Source: Acidimicrobiales bacterium (GTDB taxonomy: Bacteria; Actinomycetota; Acidimicrobiia; Acidimicrobiales; MedAcidi-G1). From it: 64,000 bases of DNA. The notes below the pieces were generated by a model that worked only from the letters and a program-made list of their open reading frames with translations, was not told the origin of the DNA and ran no database searches. The DNA lies in NCBI GenBank assembly GCA_022452145.1, contig JAKURY010000009.1:18120-82119 (forward strand), read 5' to 3'. Below, one piece after another: positions 47,861 to 57,808 of the stretch. The position numbers and the translations under genes are program-made. Every line of letters begins with the position of its first letter. The first letter of the stretch is position 1.

Positions 47861-49036
47861 GTGGAACCCCCCGCGACGCTGATGGACACCGGACGCTCGG
47901 CCCTCTCTCCCATGGGGTCCTCCCGACGCGAGGTTTCAACCCCGGCGCGGGCGCTCCTGGTAGTTGCGCTGCTCTACCTGTTCCTGACAGGTGTGGAGCT
48001 GCTCAGCGGCGGCTTCAGGACCATGGGAGCGGGCTTCGTCGACAGCCTCTTCGAGGGGGTCTCGAACCCGTTGGGTGGTCTCTTCGTGGGCCTGCTGGCC
48101 ACGGTGCTGGTCCAGTCGTCGTCGGTGTCGACCTCGGTCATCGTCGGCCTGGTGGCCTCCGGCGTCGTAGGCGCCGACGACGCCGTGCCGATGGTCATGG
48201 GTGCCAACGTGGGTACGACGGTCACAGCCCTGTTGGCTTCATTGGGGCACATCCGTCGCGATGTCGAGTTCCGTCGAGCATTTGCCGCGGCGACCGTGCA
48301 CGACTTCTTCAACATCCTGGCGGTACTCGTCTTCCTGCCCCTCGAGCTGGCCACCGGCTACCTGTCCGAGACCGCCGGCTGGATCACCGAGCGCGTGATC
48401 GGGAGTTCGGGTGCCGAGTTCAAGAGCCCGTTGAGGGCTGCGGTGAAGATGCCGGCCGGCTGGGTCGAGGACCTGCTGTCGAGCTTCGGGGCAGGCGGGA
48501 ACTGGAAGGGCGGGCTGATGATCGTCATCGGCCTGGTGTTCATCTTCCTGGCACTGGCGTACATCACCCGCAACATGCGCCTGCTCGTGGCGGACCGGGT
48601 CGAGGCGGCCATCAACCGGACGTTGGGTGCCGGCTCCGGTGCCGTGGCGATCCTGCTGGGTGCCGTCATCACCATCTCGGTGCAGTCGTCGTCCATCACC
48701 ACCTCGGTTCTGGTGCCGCTGGCCGCTTCCGGCGTCCTCACGCTGGAGAACATCTACCCGGTAACCCTCGGGGCCAACGTCGGTACCACCGTCACGGCCC
48801 TGCTGGCCTCGTTGGCCACCGGCAATCCGGCCGCGGTCACCGTGGCCATCGTCCATACGTTGTTCAACGTGAGCGGGATCGTCCTCTTCTATCCGATCCG
48901 CGCCATGCGTCGCATACCGCTGCGCCTGGCGACGGGCCTGTCGGATCTGGCCGTCGAACGACGCAGCACGGCCATCGTCTATGCGGTGGGCATGTTCGTG
49001 GTCATACCGCTGCTCGGCGTGCTCATTCTTCGTTGA
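47861..49036 (+). CDS. Na/Pi cotransporter family protein
   Basis: Duplicated GANVGTTVTALLASL motif (two PNaS repeats). Start uncertain (GTG 47861, ATG 47882 or ATG 47912). Confidence 0.85.
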   Translation: MEPPATLMDTGRSALSPMGSSRREVSTPARALLVVALLYLFLTGVELLSGGFRTMGAGFVDSLFEGVSNPLGGLFVGLLATVLVQSSSVSTSVIVGLVASGVVGADDAVPMVMGANVGTTVTALLASLGHIRRDVEFRRAFAAATVHDFFNILAVLVFLPLELATGYLSETAGWITERVIGSSGAEFKSPLRAAVKMPAGWVEDLLSSFGAGGNWKGGLMIVIGLVFIFLALAYITRNMRLLVADRVEAAINRTLGAGSGAVAILLGAVITISVQSSSITTSVLVPLAASGVLTLENIYPVTLGANVGTTVTALLASLATGNPAAVTVAIVHTLFNVSGIVLFYPIRAMRRIPLRLATGLSDLAVERRSTAIVYAVGMFVVIPLLGVLILR

Positions 49037-49177
49037 TCTCATGTACACAGGATCGAACCACTGGAACATCCGACGAGACGTGACTAGACCCGACCCCACA
49101 AGCGGCAAGGGCCCGCCTTCTAGGGGACCCGGACCCCGCAGGACCGCCAGGACACCCAGCAACCAGGAGAACATCCC

Positions 49178-49864
49178 ATGGTCATGAGCTTCTTCCGCCG
49201 CAGCGAGGACAGCGGCATAGATCACATTGAGGCACAGGTACAGCGCATGGTGACCGATGCCCGTCACACCTTCGACCTGGCCATGAACGCCATCACCGGT
49301 GGTTCGGTGGCCTCGGTGGGGGAAGAGGTCCGGCGCACTGACCGCCGGATCAACGTCACCGAGATGGAGATCCGCCGCGAGCTGGTCGTCCACTTCTCCG
49401 TCCACGCCGACGGTGACGCCACCGAGATGCTCGTGTTCATGAACATGGTCAAGGACCTCGAGCGGATTGGCGACTACAACAAGAACGTCTTCGACCTGGC
49501 CGAGCAGGGCGTGTCGTTCCTGGACGCCGACGACCTGGACCGCATCCTCGGATTCCGTGACGAGATCTCATCCCGGATCGCCCTCATGGGCGAGATCCTC
49601 ACCATGAGAGACGTCGAGGCGGCCCGGGCCTACATCGCCCGGGGCGATGAGATGCGCCACGAGTTCGACGACCTCGTCACCGAGCTCGTCCACTCGACCG
49701 GGTCGGCGCACCATGCGGTGCCCAGGGCGCTCCTCTACCGGTTCCTGAAGCGGATTACCGCCCACTCGCTGAACGTGGTGACCGCCGTGGTCATGCCGGT
49801 GGACCGCCTTGACTACTTCGACGAGGACGACGAGGACGACGAGGGCCGCGAGGGCGACGCCTGA
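49178..49864 (+). CDS. PhoU-domain protein
   Basis: KDLERIGDYNKNV and a second PhoU-like repeat, with an acidic tail DEDDEDDEGREGDA. aggaga is upstream. Confidence 0.75.
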   Translation: MVMSFFRRSEDSGIDHIEAQVQRMVTDARHTFDLAMNAITGGSVASVGEEVRRTDRRINVTEMEIRRELVVHFSVHADGDATEMLVFMNMVKDLERIGDYNKNVFDLAEQGVSFLDADDLDRILGFRDEISSRIALMGEILTMRDVEAARAYIARGDEMRHEFDDLVTELVHSTGSAHHAVPRALLYRFLKRITAHSLNVVTAVVMPVDRLDYFDEDDEDDEGREGDA

Positions 49865-49937
49865 ACAGGTTCGGATCCGATCCCCGGACCGCCGCTGATC
49901 CCCGGGAACGGGACCGGCAGCCGTAGGGTCGACGACC

Positions 49938-50795
49938 ATGCGCATCCTCGTCACCAACGACGACGGGATCACCTCGTCCGGCCTGCACTCCCTGGCCGCA
50001 GCGGTCGTCGCCGCAGGGCACCAGCCGTTGGTGGCCGCACCGTCGTGGGACTGGAGCGGAGCCTCGGCCTGCCTGGGACCGCTGGACGACCCCGACCGCG
50101 TGCCGGTCGACCGGGTGGACCTTCCGGGTCCGGACGGATCGACGACGACCGGGTACTCGGTGGGCGCTCCACCGGCCCTGATCTCGATGCTGGCCGACCT
50201 GGGAGGGTTCGGCGAGCCACCTGAGATGGTCGTAGCCGGGATCAACCGCGGTCCCAACACCGGTCGATCCACCCTGTTCTCCGGGACGATCGGCGCCGTC
50301 CTGGCCGGCGAACGGTTCGGCTGGTCGGGCCTGGCCGTCAGCCTCGACGTGGCCGTGTCCGACGTGGCAACGTCGGTCGGGGACGGGCCCGGCGCCCGGG
50401 CCGGCCGGCCGGAGCCACACTGGGAGACGGCGGCAGACCTTGTCCGGACCGTGCTGCCGTGGCTGGTGGCGGCACCGGCGCGGACCATGCTCAACCTGAA
50501 CGTGCCCGATGCGCCGCGGGTCGACGTGCTGGGCCTGCGGTGGGCCGGGCTGGCCCCGGTGGGCGGCGTGCGGACCGTGATCACCGGGCGGGACGACCAC
50601 GGGCTGGACCTGGACCTGGTACCCAACGACCGACCGGTGCCCGAGGGCACCGACAGCGCTCTGCTCCGGGCCGGGTGGGCGACCGTCACCCCCCTCGTAC
50701 CGGCCAGCGCCGCCGACGTGCAGCTTCCCCTGGTGGAGTGGTCTGCATCCTGGCTGGATGGTCGGGCAGAGGGCGGATCGACCGGCGGCCCGTAG
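49938..50795 (+). CDS. surE: 5'/3'-nucleotidase SurE
   Basis: MRILVTNDDGITSSGL...GINRGPNTG...SGTIGA. Confidence 0.88.
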   Translation: MRILVTNDDGITSSGLHSLAAAVVAAGHQPLVAAPSWDWSGASACLGPLDDPDRVPVDRVDLPGPDGSTTTGYSVGAPPALISMLADLGGFGEPPEMVVAGINRGPNTGRSTLFSGTIGAVLAGERFGWSGLAVSLDVAVSDVATSVGDGPGARAGRPEPHWETAADLVRTVLPWLVAAPARTMLNLNVPDAPRVDVLGLRWAGLAPVGGVRTVITGRDDHGLDLDLVPNDRPVPEGTDSALLRAGWATVTPLVPASAADVQLPLVEWSASWLDGRAEGGSTGGP

Positions 50796-50868
50796 CCTCC
50801 GACCCGTGGCAGCCGACCTCCCGGGGACCGATCCCGCCGATGGGCCCGACCCGGCCCACAGGGGCCCC

Positions 50869-52158
50869 GTGAGCCCCTTCACGCGATTCGCCCGGATGCA
50901 TGCGATCGGGGCCATGTCGGACGCCATGATCGCGGTGGCTCTGGCCAGCTCGATCTTCTTCTCCATCGATCCGGATGCAGCCCGGTGGCGTGTCGCCGTC
51001 TACCTGGTCCTGACCATCGCCCCGTTTGCCGTGGTCACCCCGTTGATCGGACCGCTGGTGGACAGCGTCAGGGGCGGGCGCCGGGGAATGATCCTCATAA
51101 CGGTCGTCGGACGTGGGCTCATCGCATGGCAGATGGCCGCCTACCTGGACGGCCTGCTGCTCTTTCCGCTGGCCTTCGGCCTGCTGGTGCTGCAGAAGGG
51201 CTACTCGGTCGCCAAGAGTGCCGTGGTGCCGTCGCTGGTCCGCAACGAGCTGGAGTTGGTCGAGGCGAATGCCAAGCTGGCGATGCTGAGCGCAGTTGGG
51301 AGCATGCTCGGTGCCGGACTGGGTGGAATCGCCCTGCTGGTGGGACCGGCTGCTCCGACGAGGGTCGCGATGGTCGGCTATGCGCTCACGCTCGGCCTGG
51401 CATGGAGGGTGCCGACGGTGCTTGTGGCGGCAGCCCGGGCCACCGCAAGCGAGATCGCCGCACTCCGCCAGAAGGGCATCAGGGCCGCGTCGGCGGCCAT
51501 CGGCGTGCTCCGGTCGGTGGTCGGGTTCACGTCGTTCCTCCTGGCGTTCGAGTTCAGGGGCGGCGAGGAGGGCGTTCCGATCGATGGAGCGGGCCGCGCC
51601 GCCGGTGCCTCCACCGGCATCGTGCGGGGTCAGGACGTCCTGGGGAGTCCGGCCGCACCGGTCTGGCACTTCGGCCTGGTGCTCCTCTCGGTTGGCGTCG
51701 GGGCGTTCCTGAGCGCCACCCTGGCGCCGAGGCTTCGTCTCCGATTCTCGGAGGAGCGGCTCATCCGCGGGGTCCTGTTCGTCGGGGTGAGCGGCGCGGC
51801 GCTAGCCACATGGCTCGGGGGCATCCGGGGCGCCGTGGTGATAGGGGGGATGGTCGCCCTGTGCAGTGGGACGGCCAAGTTGGCCTTCGATTCGCTGGTC
51901 CAGCGGGACGCTCCCGGGGCGAACCACGGTAGGTCGTTCGCCAAATTCGAGGGGCGGTTCCAAATGGCCTGGGCGGTCGGGGCCTTCCTGGCCGTCTTCC
52001 TTCCGTTGCCGGTGGAACACGGCTACCTCATCGTGGGGGTGGCGATGGCCATGGCCCTGGCGTGGTTCCGGTTCGGGTCCCGGCCGCAGCAGCCCGTGGT
52101 CACCCCCGATGAGCCGGATCGTCCCGATGGACAACTTGGTTTCTGGCGCCGGGACTGA
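50869..52158 (+). CDS. MFS transporter
   Basis: Multi-TM protein; ...PLIGPLVDSVRGGRRGMIL... is an MFS loop motif. Start uncertain (GTG 50869; the track ORF 50758 overlaps surE). Confidence 0.7.
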   Translation: MSPFTRFARMHAIGAMSDAMIAVALASSIFFSIDPDAARWRVAVYLVLTIAPFAVVTPLIGPLVDSVRGGRRGMILITVVGRGLIAWQMAAYLDGLLLFPLAFGLLVLQKGYSVAKSAVVPSLVRNELELVEANAKLAMLSAVGSMLGAGLGGIALLVGPAAPTRVAMVGYALTLGLAWRVPTVLVAAARATASEIAALRQKGIRAASAAIGVLRSVVGFTSFLLAFEFRGGEEGVPIDGAGRAAGASTGIVRGQDVLGSPAAPVWHFGLVLLSVGVGAFLSATLAPRLRLRFSEERLIRGVLFVGVSGAALATWLGGIRGAVVIGGMVALCSGTAKLAFDSLVQRDAPGANHGRSFAKFEGRFQMAWAVGAFLAVFLPLPVEHGYLIVGVAMAMALAWFRFGSRPQQPVVTPDEPDRPDGQLGFWRRD

Positions 52159-52206
52159 CCCGGGCGTGGCACGTAGTCCGGTTCCCGATCCGGGGACCTG
52201 ACGGGT

Positions 52207-52500
52207 TCAGTCGGTGCCCTCGACGATGACTACGGTGCAGTCGGCGTTGGCGTGGCGCAGCGCGGCGACCGGTGCGTACTCCTCGGAGTTCACGAACCGG
52301 CGGGCCGCCTCGATGTCTGGGAACTCCACGACCACGATGCGGGTGGGCGACCAGAGGTCGTCCTCGATGACGTCGAGTTCTCCGCCCCGGGCCCGGTAGG
52401 TGCCCCCGTACCGCTCGACCATCGGGCCGGCGAGGGCCTTGTACTCCTCGTAGGCCTCCGGGTCGGAGATCCTCGTGTCGACGATCACCCACGCGCTCAT
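52207..52500 (-). CDS. DUF1330 domain protein
   Basis: MSAWVIVDTRISDPEAYEEYKALAGPMVERYGGTYRARGG...VVVEFPDIEAARRF. Confidence 0.75.
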   Translation of the reverse strand: MSAWVIVDTRISDPEAYEEYKALAGPMVERYGGTYRARGGELDVIEDDLWSPTRIVVVEFPDIEAARRFVNSEEYAPVAALRHANADCTVVIVEGTD

Positions 52501-52548
52501 GGGATCCTCCCTCCGGTCCAAGGCATGCGGCCTAAACCCGTAGGCCTG

Positions 52549-53901
52549 TCACGGCACGTCGGGCACATCGGGCAGGTCGATGCGGGCCAGCCACAGACCC
52601 GGTGCGTCGACCTCGGCCGGCGTCGGCAGGTTCCGCTCATCGGCCCAGAGGCGGTCCAGCCCCTCGCCACCGCTCCGCTCGACCACACCGTCGACGAAAG
52701 CCGCACCACGATCCACCTGTTCCTGGGTGAGGTCGAGGCCCAGGATCCGCTCCACGAACCGGTCGGCCTCGCCGGTGCCCACCCGACGCCGACGGACGGC
52801 CTCGGTCACCTGTCGGTACGACCCGATCAGGGTGCTGCCTATGTTGTCCATCACGTGGTCGACGTAGCCGATCACCACGGCGACCAGGGCCTCCAGCCGA
52901 GGAAGAAGTGCTTCCTGCTCCGGCGAGCGGACGGCCCCCAGCACCATCTCCGGGTCGAGCGACTCCTGGAGGCGGACCAGGGCCTCCGGACCACCGGTCA
53001 GGTCGATGTCGCCCAGCCGGTCCCGGAGGGCTGACGGGTCGTTGCGAAATGCCCCGGCGTGCCGGGTGAGGAGGTCGGTGAGCACGGTCCGGAGGTGGGG
53101 GACGCCGAGCACCGCGTGGTGGGCGACCTCGTGGAGGCAGATCCACAGCCTGAGGTCTTCGGCCGGCAGGCTCCAGTCGGTGGCGAATGCCTCGACGTTG
53201 GGAACGACGATGAGCAGCTCGTCGCCGTCCCGTGGGATGGGCAGGTCATAGGTGCCAAGGCTGCGAAGGGCGAGCCGACCGACCATCGTGCCTGTCGTGA
53301 TGCCGGCCATCATCGGCGCCATCGCGGCCAGGAGGCCCGAGAGCCAGGCAGTCGAAGGGTCGGCGTCCTGGCCCGACGGGTCGAGGTGGGGACCGGAGCC
53401 CATGTCCGACGGGCCACCCGGGTCGCCGGAGTCGCCCGGAATATGGGACATCCTGGTCAGGTATGGGCGATAGGCGTCGACCGATGCGGAGGCCCATGCC
53501 GTCCGGGTCACGGGCCGGAGGTGCAGGGCCGCTGCGTGAGCCACCTGCAGCCCGGTTCGGTCGGCGATCTGGAGCTCAGCGACCCGGAGCAGCGACTCGT
53601 AACCGATGCGGACCACCGGGTCGACGTTGGGTTCGCTACCGCCCTCGGAGGCGACGGCCATGGCGATCTGGCGGGCCGGATCCGAGCCGCCGGTCCCGCC
53701 ACCGGTCGGAAAGCCGCCGGGGAGTCCGGGGAGGCCGCCCGTGCCGGGAATACCGCTGCCGAACATCTCGCCGAGGGCCCCGAACAGCCCGGCGAACGGG
53801 TCCTGCGGATCGTCGGATGCCCCCGGACCCTCCGTGAAGTCAAGGTCCTCCGGATCTCCGGGACCGTCGCCGGGTGACTCTGGTGGATCCTCGTTGCTCA
53901 C
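52549..53901 (-). CDS. Zinc-dependent metalloprotease (DUF2342 / TIGR03624-like)
   Basis: HEVAHH zinc motif in LWICLHEVAHHAVLG. G/P-rich N-terminal region. Confidence 0.75.
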   Translation of the reverse strand: MSNEDPPESPGDGPGDPEDLDFTEGPGASDDPQDPFAGLFGALGEMFGSGIPGTGGLPGLPGGFPTGGGTGGSDPARQIAMAVASEGGSEPNVDPVVRIGYESLLRVAELQIADRTGLQVAHAAALHLRPVTRTAWASASVDAYRPYLTRMSHIPGDSGDPGGPSDMGSGPHLDPSGQDADPSTAWLSGLLAAMAPMMAGITTGTMVGRLALRSLGTYDLPIPRDGDELLIVVPNVEAFATDWSLPAEDLRLWICLHEVAHHAVLGVPHLRTVLTDLLTRHAGAFRNDPSALRDRLGDIDLTGGPEALVRLQESLDPEMVLGAVRSPEQEALLPRLEALVAVVIGYVDHVMDNIGSTLIGSYRQVTEAVRRRRVGTGEADRFVERILGLDLTQEQVDRGAAFVDGVVERSGGEGLDRLWADERNLPTPAEVDAPGLWLARIDLPDVPDVP

Positions 53902-53980
53902 GAGGGCACTCTATGACGGTGACCAGCCCCGCCTTCCTGCGCCCGACACGTTCCGGCGGGCCTTGCATGGGGTGCCTGGC

Positions 53981-55015
53981 ATGAGGGTCGTCGTCACCGG
54001 GTCCACCGGTGCCGTCGGGCGACGGGTCTGCGCCCGGCTGGCTGCCGATGGCCATGAGGTGGTGGGCCTGGATCGGCGCTCCAGCGTTCCACCCGCTCCG
54101 GGGGTCGAGATCAGGGTGGTGGACCTGGCTGTGGCCGACCTGCGGGACCTCCTTGCCGACGCCGACACGGTGGTCCACCTGGCGTCCGGCGTGACGGCAG
54201 GGGACGTGGGCGAGAACACCGGCCACGACCGACTGGCGGTGGTGGAGAGGCTGTTGGCCGCAGCTGGCGACGTGGGGGTCGGCCACCTGGTCGTGCGGTC
54301 CTCGGCCATGGTCTACGGGGCGTGGCCCGACAATCCGGTGCCGCTGACCGAGGATGCGCCGGTCCGCCCGTGTCCGGACTTCCTGTTCGCCGTCCATCGG
54401 GCACGATTGGAGGAGATGGCCGCCTCATGGGCCGCCGGCGACCCTGCGCGGGCGCTGACCGTGCTGCGCCCGGCGGTGACCGTGGCCGAGGAGCGACCGG
54501 GTGGGTTGGCCAGCGTGGTCGGTGCGGCGACATCCATACGAAGCCACGAGGGGGAGCCGCTCGGGCAGTTCCTGCACTCGGACGACCTGGCGGACGCCGC
54601 CGTGTGCGCGGTGGCCGCCCGATATCACGGCCCACTCAACGTGGCTCCTGATGGCTGGATAGGCGTGGACGTGATGGCCGAGTTGGGTGGGCCGGGGCCA
54701 CGACTCCGCCTGCCGGGCAACCTGGCTGCACTGGTGGGTCGGGTGCTCTTCCGGGTCGGCCTGTCGCCGGCGCCACCGGGGGTGTTCCCGTACACGGTGC
54801 ACCCGTGGGTGGTGTCCAACGACCGGTTGTGCGAGCTGGGCTGGAGGCCATCGCATTCCAATGAGGAGGCCTACGTGGCGGGCCACGAGCCGGGCGTGCT
54901 GGACCGCCTGGATGTCCGGGCCAGGCAGCAGTTGTCGCTCGCCGCCGCGGGGCTGCTGGTGGTGTCCCTGCTGGGGTTTGTCGTGTGGCTGGTGCGCCGC
55001 CCGCGCCGCCGTTGA
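53981..55015 (+). CDS. NAD-dependent epimerase/dehydratase family protein with C-terminal TM
   Basis: MRVVVTGSTGAVGRRV Rossmann motif. C-terminal LLVVSLLGFVVWLV. Trimmed from track ORF 53606.., which overlaps the protease gene. Confidence 0.75.
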   Translation: MRVVVTGSTGAVGRRVCARLAADGHEVVGLDRRSSVPPAPGVEIRVVDLAVADLRDLLADADTVVHLASGVTAGDVGENTGHDRLAVVERLLAAAGDVGVGHLVVRSSAMVYGAWPDNPVPLTEDAPVRPCPDFLFAVHRARLEEMAASWAAGDPARALTVLRPAVTVAEERPGGLASVVGAATSIRSHEGEPLGQFLHSDDLADAAVCAVAARYHGPLNVAPDGWIGVDVMAELGGPGPRLRLPGNLAALVGRVLFRVGLSPAPPGVFPYTVHPWVVSNDRLCELGWRPSHSNEEAYVAGHEPGVLDRLDVRARQQLSLAAAGLLVVSLLGFVVWLVRRPRRR

Positions 55016-55082
55016 GATCAACCGGTCGTGTCGGCTAGGCCGCGCCACCGGCGACCGGTCCGGCCCCATACGATTGCGCCCG

Positions 55083-55646
55083 ATGCTCGCTGGAACGTCT
55101 TCTGATTCGGAATCCGATGTGTCGGAACGCATGTCGTCCGCCGCGGGCGGTCCGACGGCGGAATCGACGGATCCGGATACCTGGCTGGGCCTGAGCGCCG
55201 AACCCCTCCCGGTTGATGAGATCACCCGCTGGGTCGGGCGCCCGGACTGTGGAGCGGTGGTGGTCTTCAGCGGCAACGCCAGGGACCATGCCGATGGGCG
55301 GGTAGGGGTCACAGGCCTGGAGTACGAGGCGTACGAGTCCCAGGTGGTCCCGCGTCTGTCCAGGATCACCACCGAGGCCCGTCGCCGCTGGCCGGCGCTT
55401 GGGAGGGTGGCGATGGTCCACCGTGTGGGCCCGTTGGCGATCGGCGAGGCGGCGGTGGTCGTGGCCGTATCGTCGCCCCACCGGGACGTGGCGTTCGACG
55501 CCGGACGGTGGTGCATCGACAGCCTCAAGTCGACCGTTCCGATCTGGAAGCGGGAGAAGTGGGAGGGTGGCGAGAGTTGGGGCCTGGACGCACAGCACGT
55601 GGCCGACGTGGACGGGCAGGCCGGCACGTCGGAGGCCCGTCGGTGA
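55083..55646 (+). CDS. moaE: Molybdopterin synthase catalytic subunit
   Basis: GAVVVFSGNARD...LEYEAYESQ...VVVAVSSPHRDVAFDAGRWCIDSLKSTVPIWKRE. It has an S/D-rich N-terminal extension of about 45 aa. Confidence 0.85.
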   Translation: MLAGTSSDSESDVSERMSSAAGGPTAESTDPDTWLGLSAEPLPVDEITRWVGRPDCGAVVVFSGNARDHADGRVGVTGLEYEAYESQVVPRLSRITTEARRRWPALGRVAMVHRVGPLAIGEAAVVVAVSSPHRDVAFDAGRWCIDSLKSTVPIWKREKWEGGESWGLDAQHVADVDGQAGTSEARR

Positions 55647-55888
55647 ACCCGGCGGTGCTGTTCCTGTTGGGCGGCGCGGCGCTTGCCGTCGTGCTCTCGG
55701 TGGTCGTGTGGTTCTTCAGCCGACCGAAGAACCGTGTCGACGACCCGAACCACCTGCGACTCACGTTGCGCACCCTGCGTACCGAGTCCAGGAGTCGTCC
55801 CAACCCGGCCCACGGTGAAGGTGATGTGCGGATCCTGGGTCAGGAGGGCCACGAGTCCCGATCCGGTAACGACCGGCGGGACGGCTAG
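55643..55888 (+). CDS. Small membrane protein (81 aa)
   Basis: GTG 55643 overlaps the moaE stop (GTGA). One TM (AVLFLLGGAALAVVLSVVVWFF). Lies 9 nt upstream of mreB. Confidence 0.5.
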   Translation: MNPAVLFLLGGAALAVVLSVVVWFFSRPKNRVDDPNHLRLTLRTLRTESRSRPNPAHGEGDVRILGQEGHESRSGNDRRDG

Positions 55889-55897
55889 GAGCAACGG

Positions 55898-56902
55898 ATG
55901 GCCCGCGACCTGGCGATCGACCTGGGGACGGCCAACACGCTGGTCTATGCGCGCGGCGAGGGCGTGGTACTGGCCGAGCCGTCGGTGATTGCCATCAACG
56001 AGCGCTCCGGCGAGGTCCTGGCGCTTGGTGAGGAGGCCTGGCAGATGATCGGGCGCACCCCGACGCATGTGGTCGCCAAGCGACCGTTGCGCCATGGTGC
56101 CATCACCGACTTCGACGTGACCCAGCGCATGGTGCGCCTCTTGATGCAGCGGGTGGGGGTGAGCCGGTTCAACCGGCCCAAGGTGCTCATCTGCGTGCCG
56201 TCGGCGATCACGGCGGTGGAACGACGGGCGGTCAGCGAGTCAGCCCGCAGGTCGGGCGCCGCCGATGTGCAGCTCATCGAGCAGCCGATTGCTGCGGCGA
56301 TCGGGGCGAACCTTCCGATCAGCGAGCCGGTCGGGAGCATGGTTGTGGACGTCGGGGGCGGGACCTCCGAGTCCGCCCTGCTGTCGCTGGGCGGGGTGGT
56401 GGCCCTGGAGGCGGTAAGGGTCGGATCGTTCGATATCGATGCGGCAATCCAGGCCTACGTGCGTCGTGAGTACGGGCTGTCGATCGGCGAGCGCACCGCC
56501 GAAGAGATCAAGTGCCACATCGGCTCTGCGGCACCGACGCCCGACGAAGTCCGGGCCGAGGTGAAGGGCCGGGAGCTCATGAGCGGTCTGCCCAAGACGG
56601 TGATCCTGTCGCCTGTCGAGATCCGCCAGGCAATAGAGGAGCCGGTGGCCACGATGGTGGAGTCGGTGGTGACCTGCCTCGCCCAGGCTCCGCCCGAACT
56701 CGCCCAGGACCTGTTGGCGCAGGGGATCTGTCTGGTGGGAGGTGGGAGCCTGCTTCGGGGCCTCGACGCCAGACTGGCAGAGGAGACGGGGGTCCCGGTG
56801 GTCTACGTGGACACGCCCATGGAATGCGTGGTTAAGGGTGCAGGCCAGTGCATCGAGTCGTTCGAGGCGATGCGGGCCATGTTCATGGAGGGTCGCCAGT
56901 AG
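55898..56902 (+). CDS. mreB: Rod shape-determining actin homolog MreB
   Basis: LAIDLGTANTLVY...VVDVGGGTSE...LVGGGSLLRGLD. Confidence 0.93.
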   Translation: MARDLAIDLGTANTLVYARGEGVVLAEPSVIAINERSGEVLALGEEAWQMIGRTPTHVVAKRPLRHGAITDFDVTQRMVRLLMQRVGVSRFNRPKVLICVPSAITAVERRAVSESARRSGAADVQLIEQPIAAAIGANLPISEPVGSMVVDVGGGTSESALLSLGGVVALEAVRVGSFDIDAAIQAYVRREYGLSIGERTAEEIKCHIGSAAPTPDEVRAEVKGRELMSGLPKTVILSPVEIRQAIEEPVATMVESVVTCLAQAPPELAQDLLAQGICLVGGGSLLRGLDARLAEETGVPVVYVDTPMECVVKGAGQCIESFEAMRAMFMEGRQ

Positions 56903-56972
56903 CACTGCCGGCCTGCCGGCGTGTTGGGCGTGTCGGGCCGCTCCGGCCTGATGCGCGTGCCGTGACCCCGGC

Positions 56973-57806
56973 TCAGCTGGTGGTGGAGTACGGGCCTGGC
57001 GTGACGTGTCCGTCGAAGGCCCGGCTCACGCCGAGCAGGTCCTCTGCGGCCTGCTGGACCTGCCAGTCGCGGTCGCTCAGGGCCCGCTTCAGGGCAGCCT
57101 CCACGTCGTCGCCCTCGAACGCGGCCAGGGCCAGGACGGCTCGACGGCGGATGGCAGGCCGATCCTCGAGGCCGCCTAGGACCGCTGCCCGGCCCCTTTC
57201 GTGTCCGAGTGCTCCGAGTGCTGCAACGGCGGCCTCTCTGCACAGCGCATCCTCGTGAGCCCCTTGTCCCCGAGCCGGTCCGGCGACCTCCACGAGGGCG
57301 TCGACGGTCGCCTCGGCGATCTCCGGGAGCTCGCCGGCCGCCCAGCAGGCCACCTCCAGGACGGAGTGGTCCGTATCGCCCAGGCAGGCCAGAAGCGGCC
57401 CGAGGAGTCGGGTGGCGCGGTCGTCGTGGTCACGCCTGCTTCCACCTGGCTGGTTCGGGTCGCTGAGCCGTCCCGGGCCGGCCAGGACCTCCAGTGCCCG
57501 CTGTCGGACGGCCGGTGCCGGGTCGGCCAGGCTCGCCGCCAACTCGTCGGTCGTCGGCCCGTCGGCCCTGTTGGTACGGGCGATCCGGTCCAGGGCGCCG
57601 AGGGCAGCTGCCCTGACGGGTGCCGCCGGGTCGGTCAGGAGGTCACGTGCCGCCCCGGCGTCGCCGTTGTGGCCGACGAGGATCGCCCTTCGACGGCGTG
57701 CCGCCACCTCGACGTCGGGTGCTGGATCGGGGTGGACGTGACGGCCAACCGGCCTGGCGGCACCGGTCGGTGCATCGGCGATCTCAGGGTGGTCGGGCTC
57801 GGCCAC
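56973..57806 (-). CDS. HEAT-repeat protein
   Basis: Repeated ...D.....VR.AA..AL... units (PAPVRAAALGAL, APAVRQRALEVL, EDALCREAAVAALGAL, PAIRRRAVLALA, DWQVQQAAEDLL). The GTG at 57806 lies 2 nt after the upstream stop. Confidence 0.7.
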   Translation of the reverse strand: MAEPDHPEIADAPTGAARPVGRHVHPDPAPDVEVAARRRRAILVGHNGDAGAARDLLTDPAAPVRAAALGALDRIARTNRADGPTTDELAASLADPAPAVRQRALEVLAGPGRLSDPNQPGGSRRDHDDRATRLLGPLLACLGDTDHSVLEVACWAAGELPEIAEATVDALVEVAGPARGQGAHEDALCREAAVAALGALGHERGRAAVLGGLEDRPAIRRRAVLALAAFEGDDVEAALKRALSDRDWQVQQAAEDLLGVSRAFDGHVTPGPYSTTS

Positions 57807-57808
57807 CG

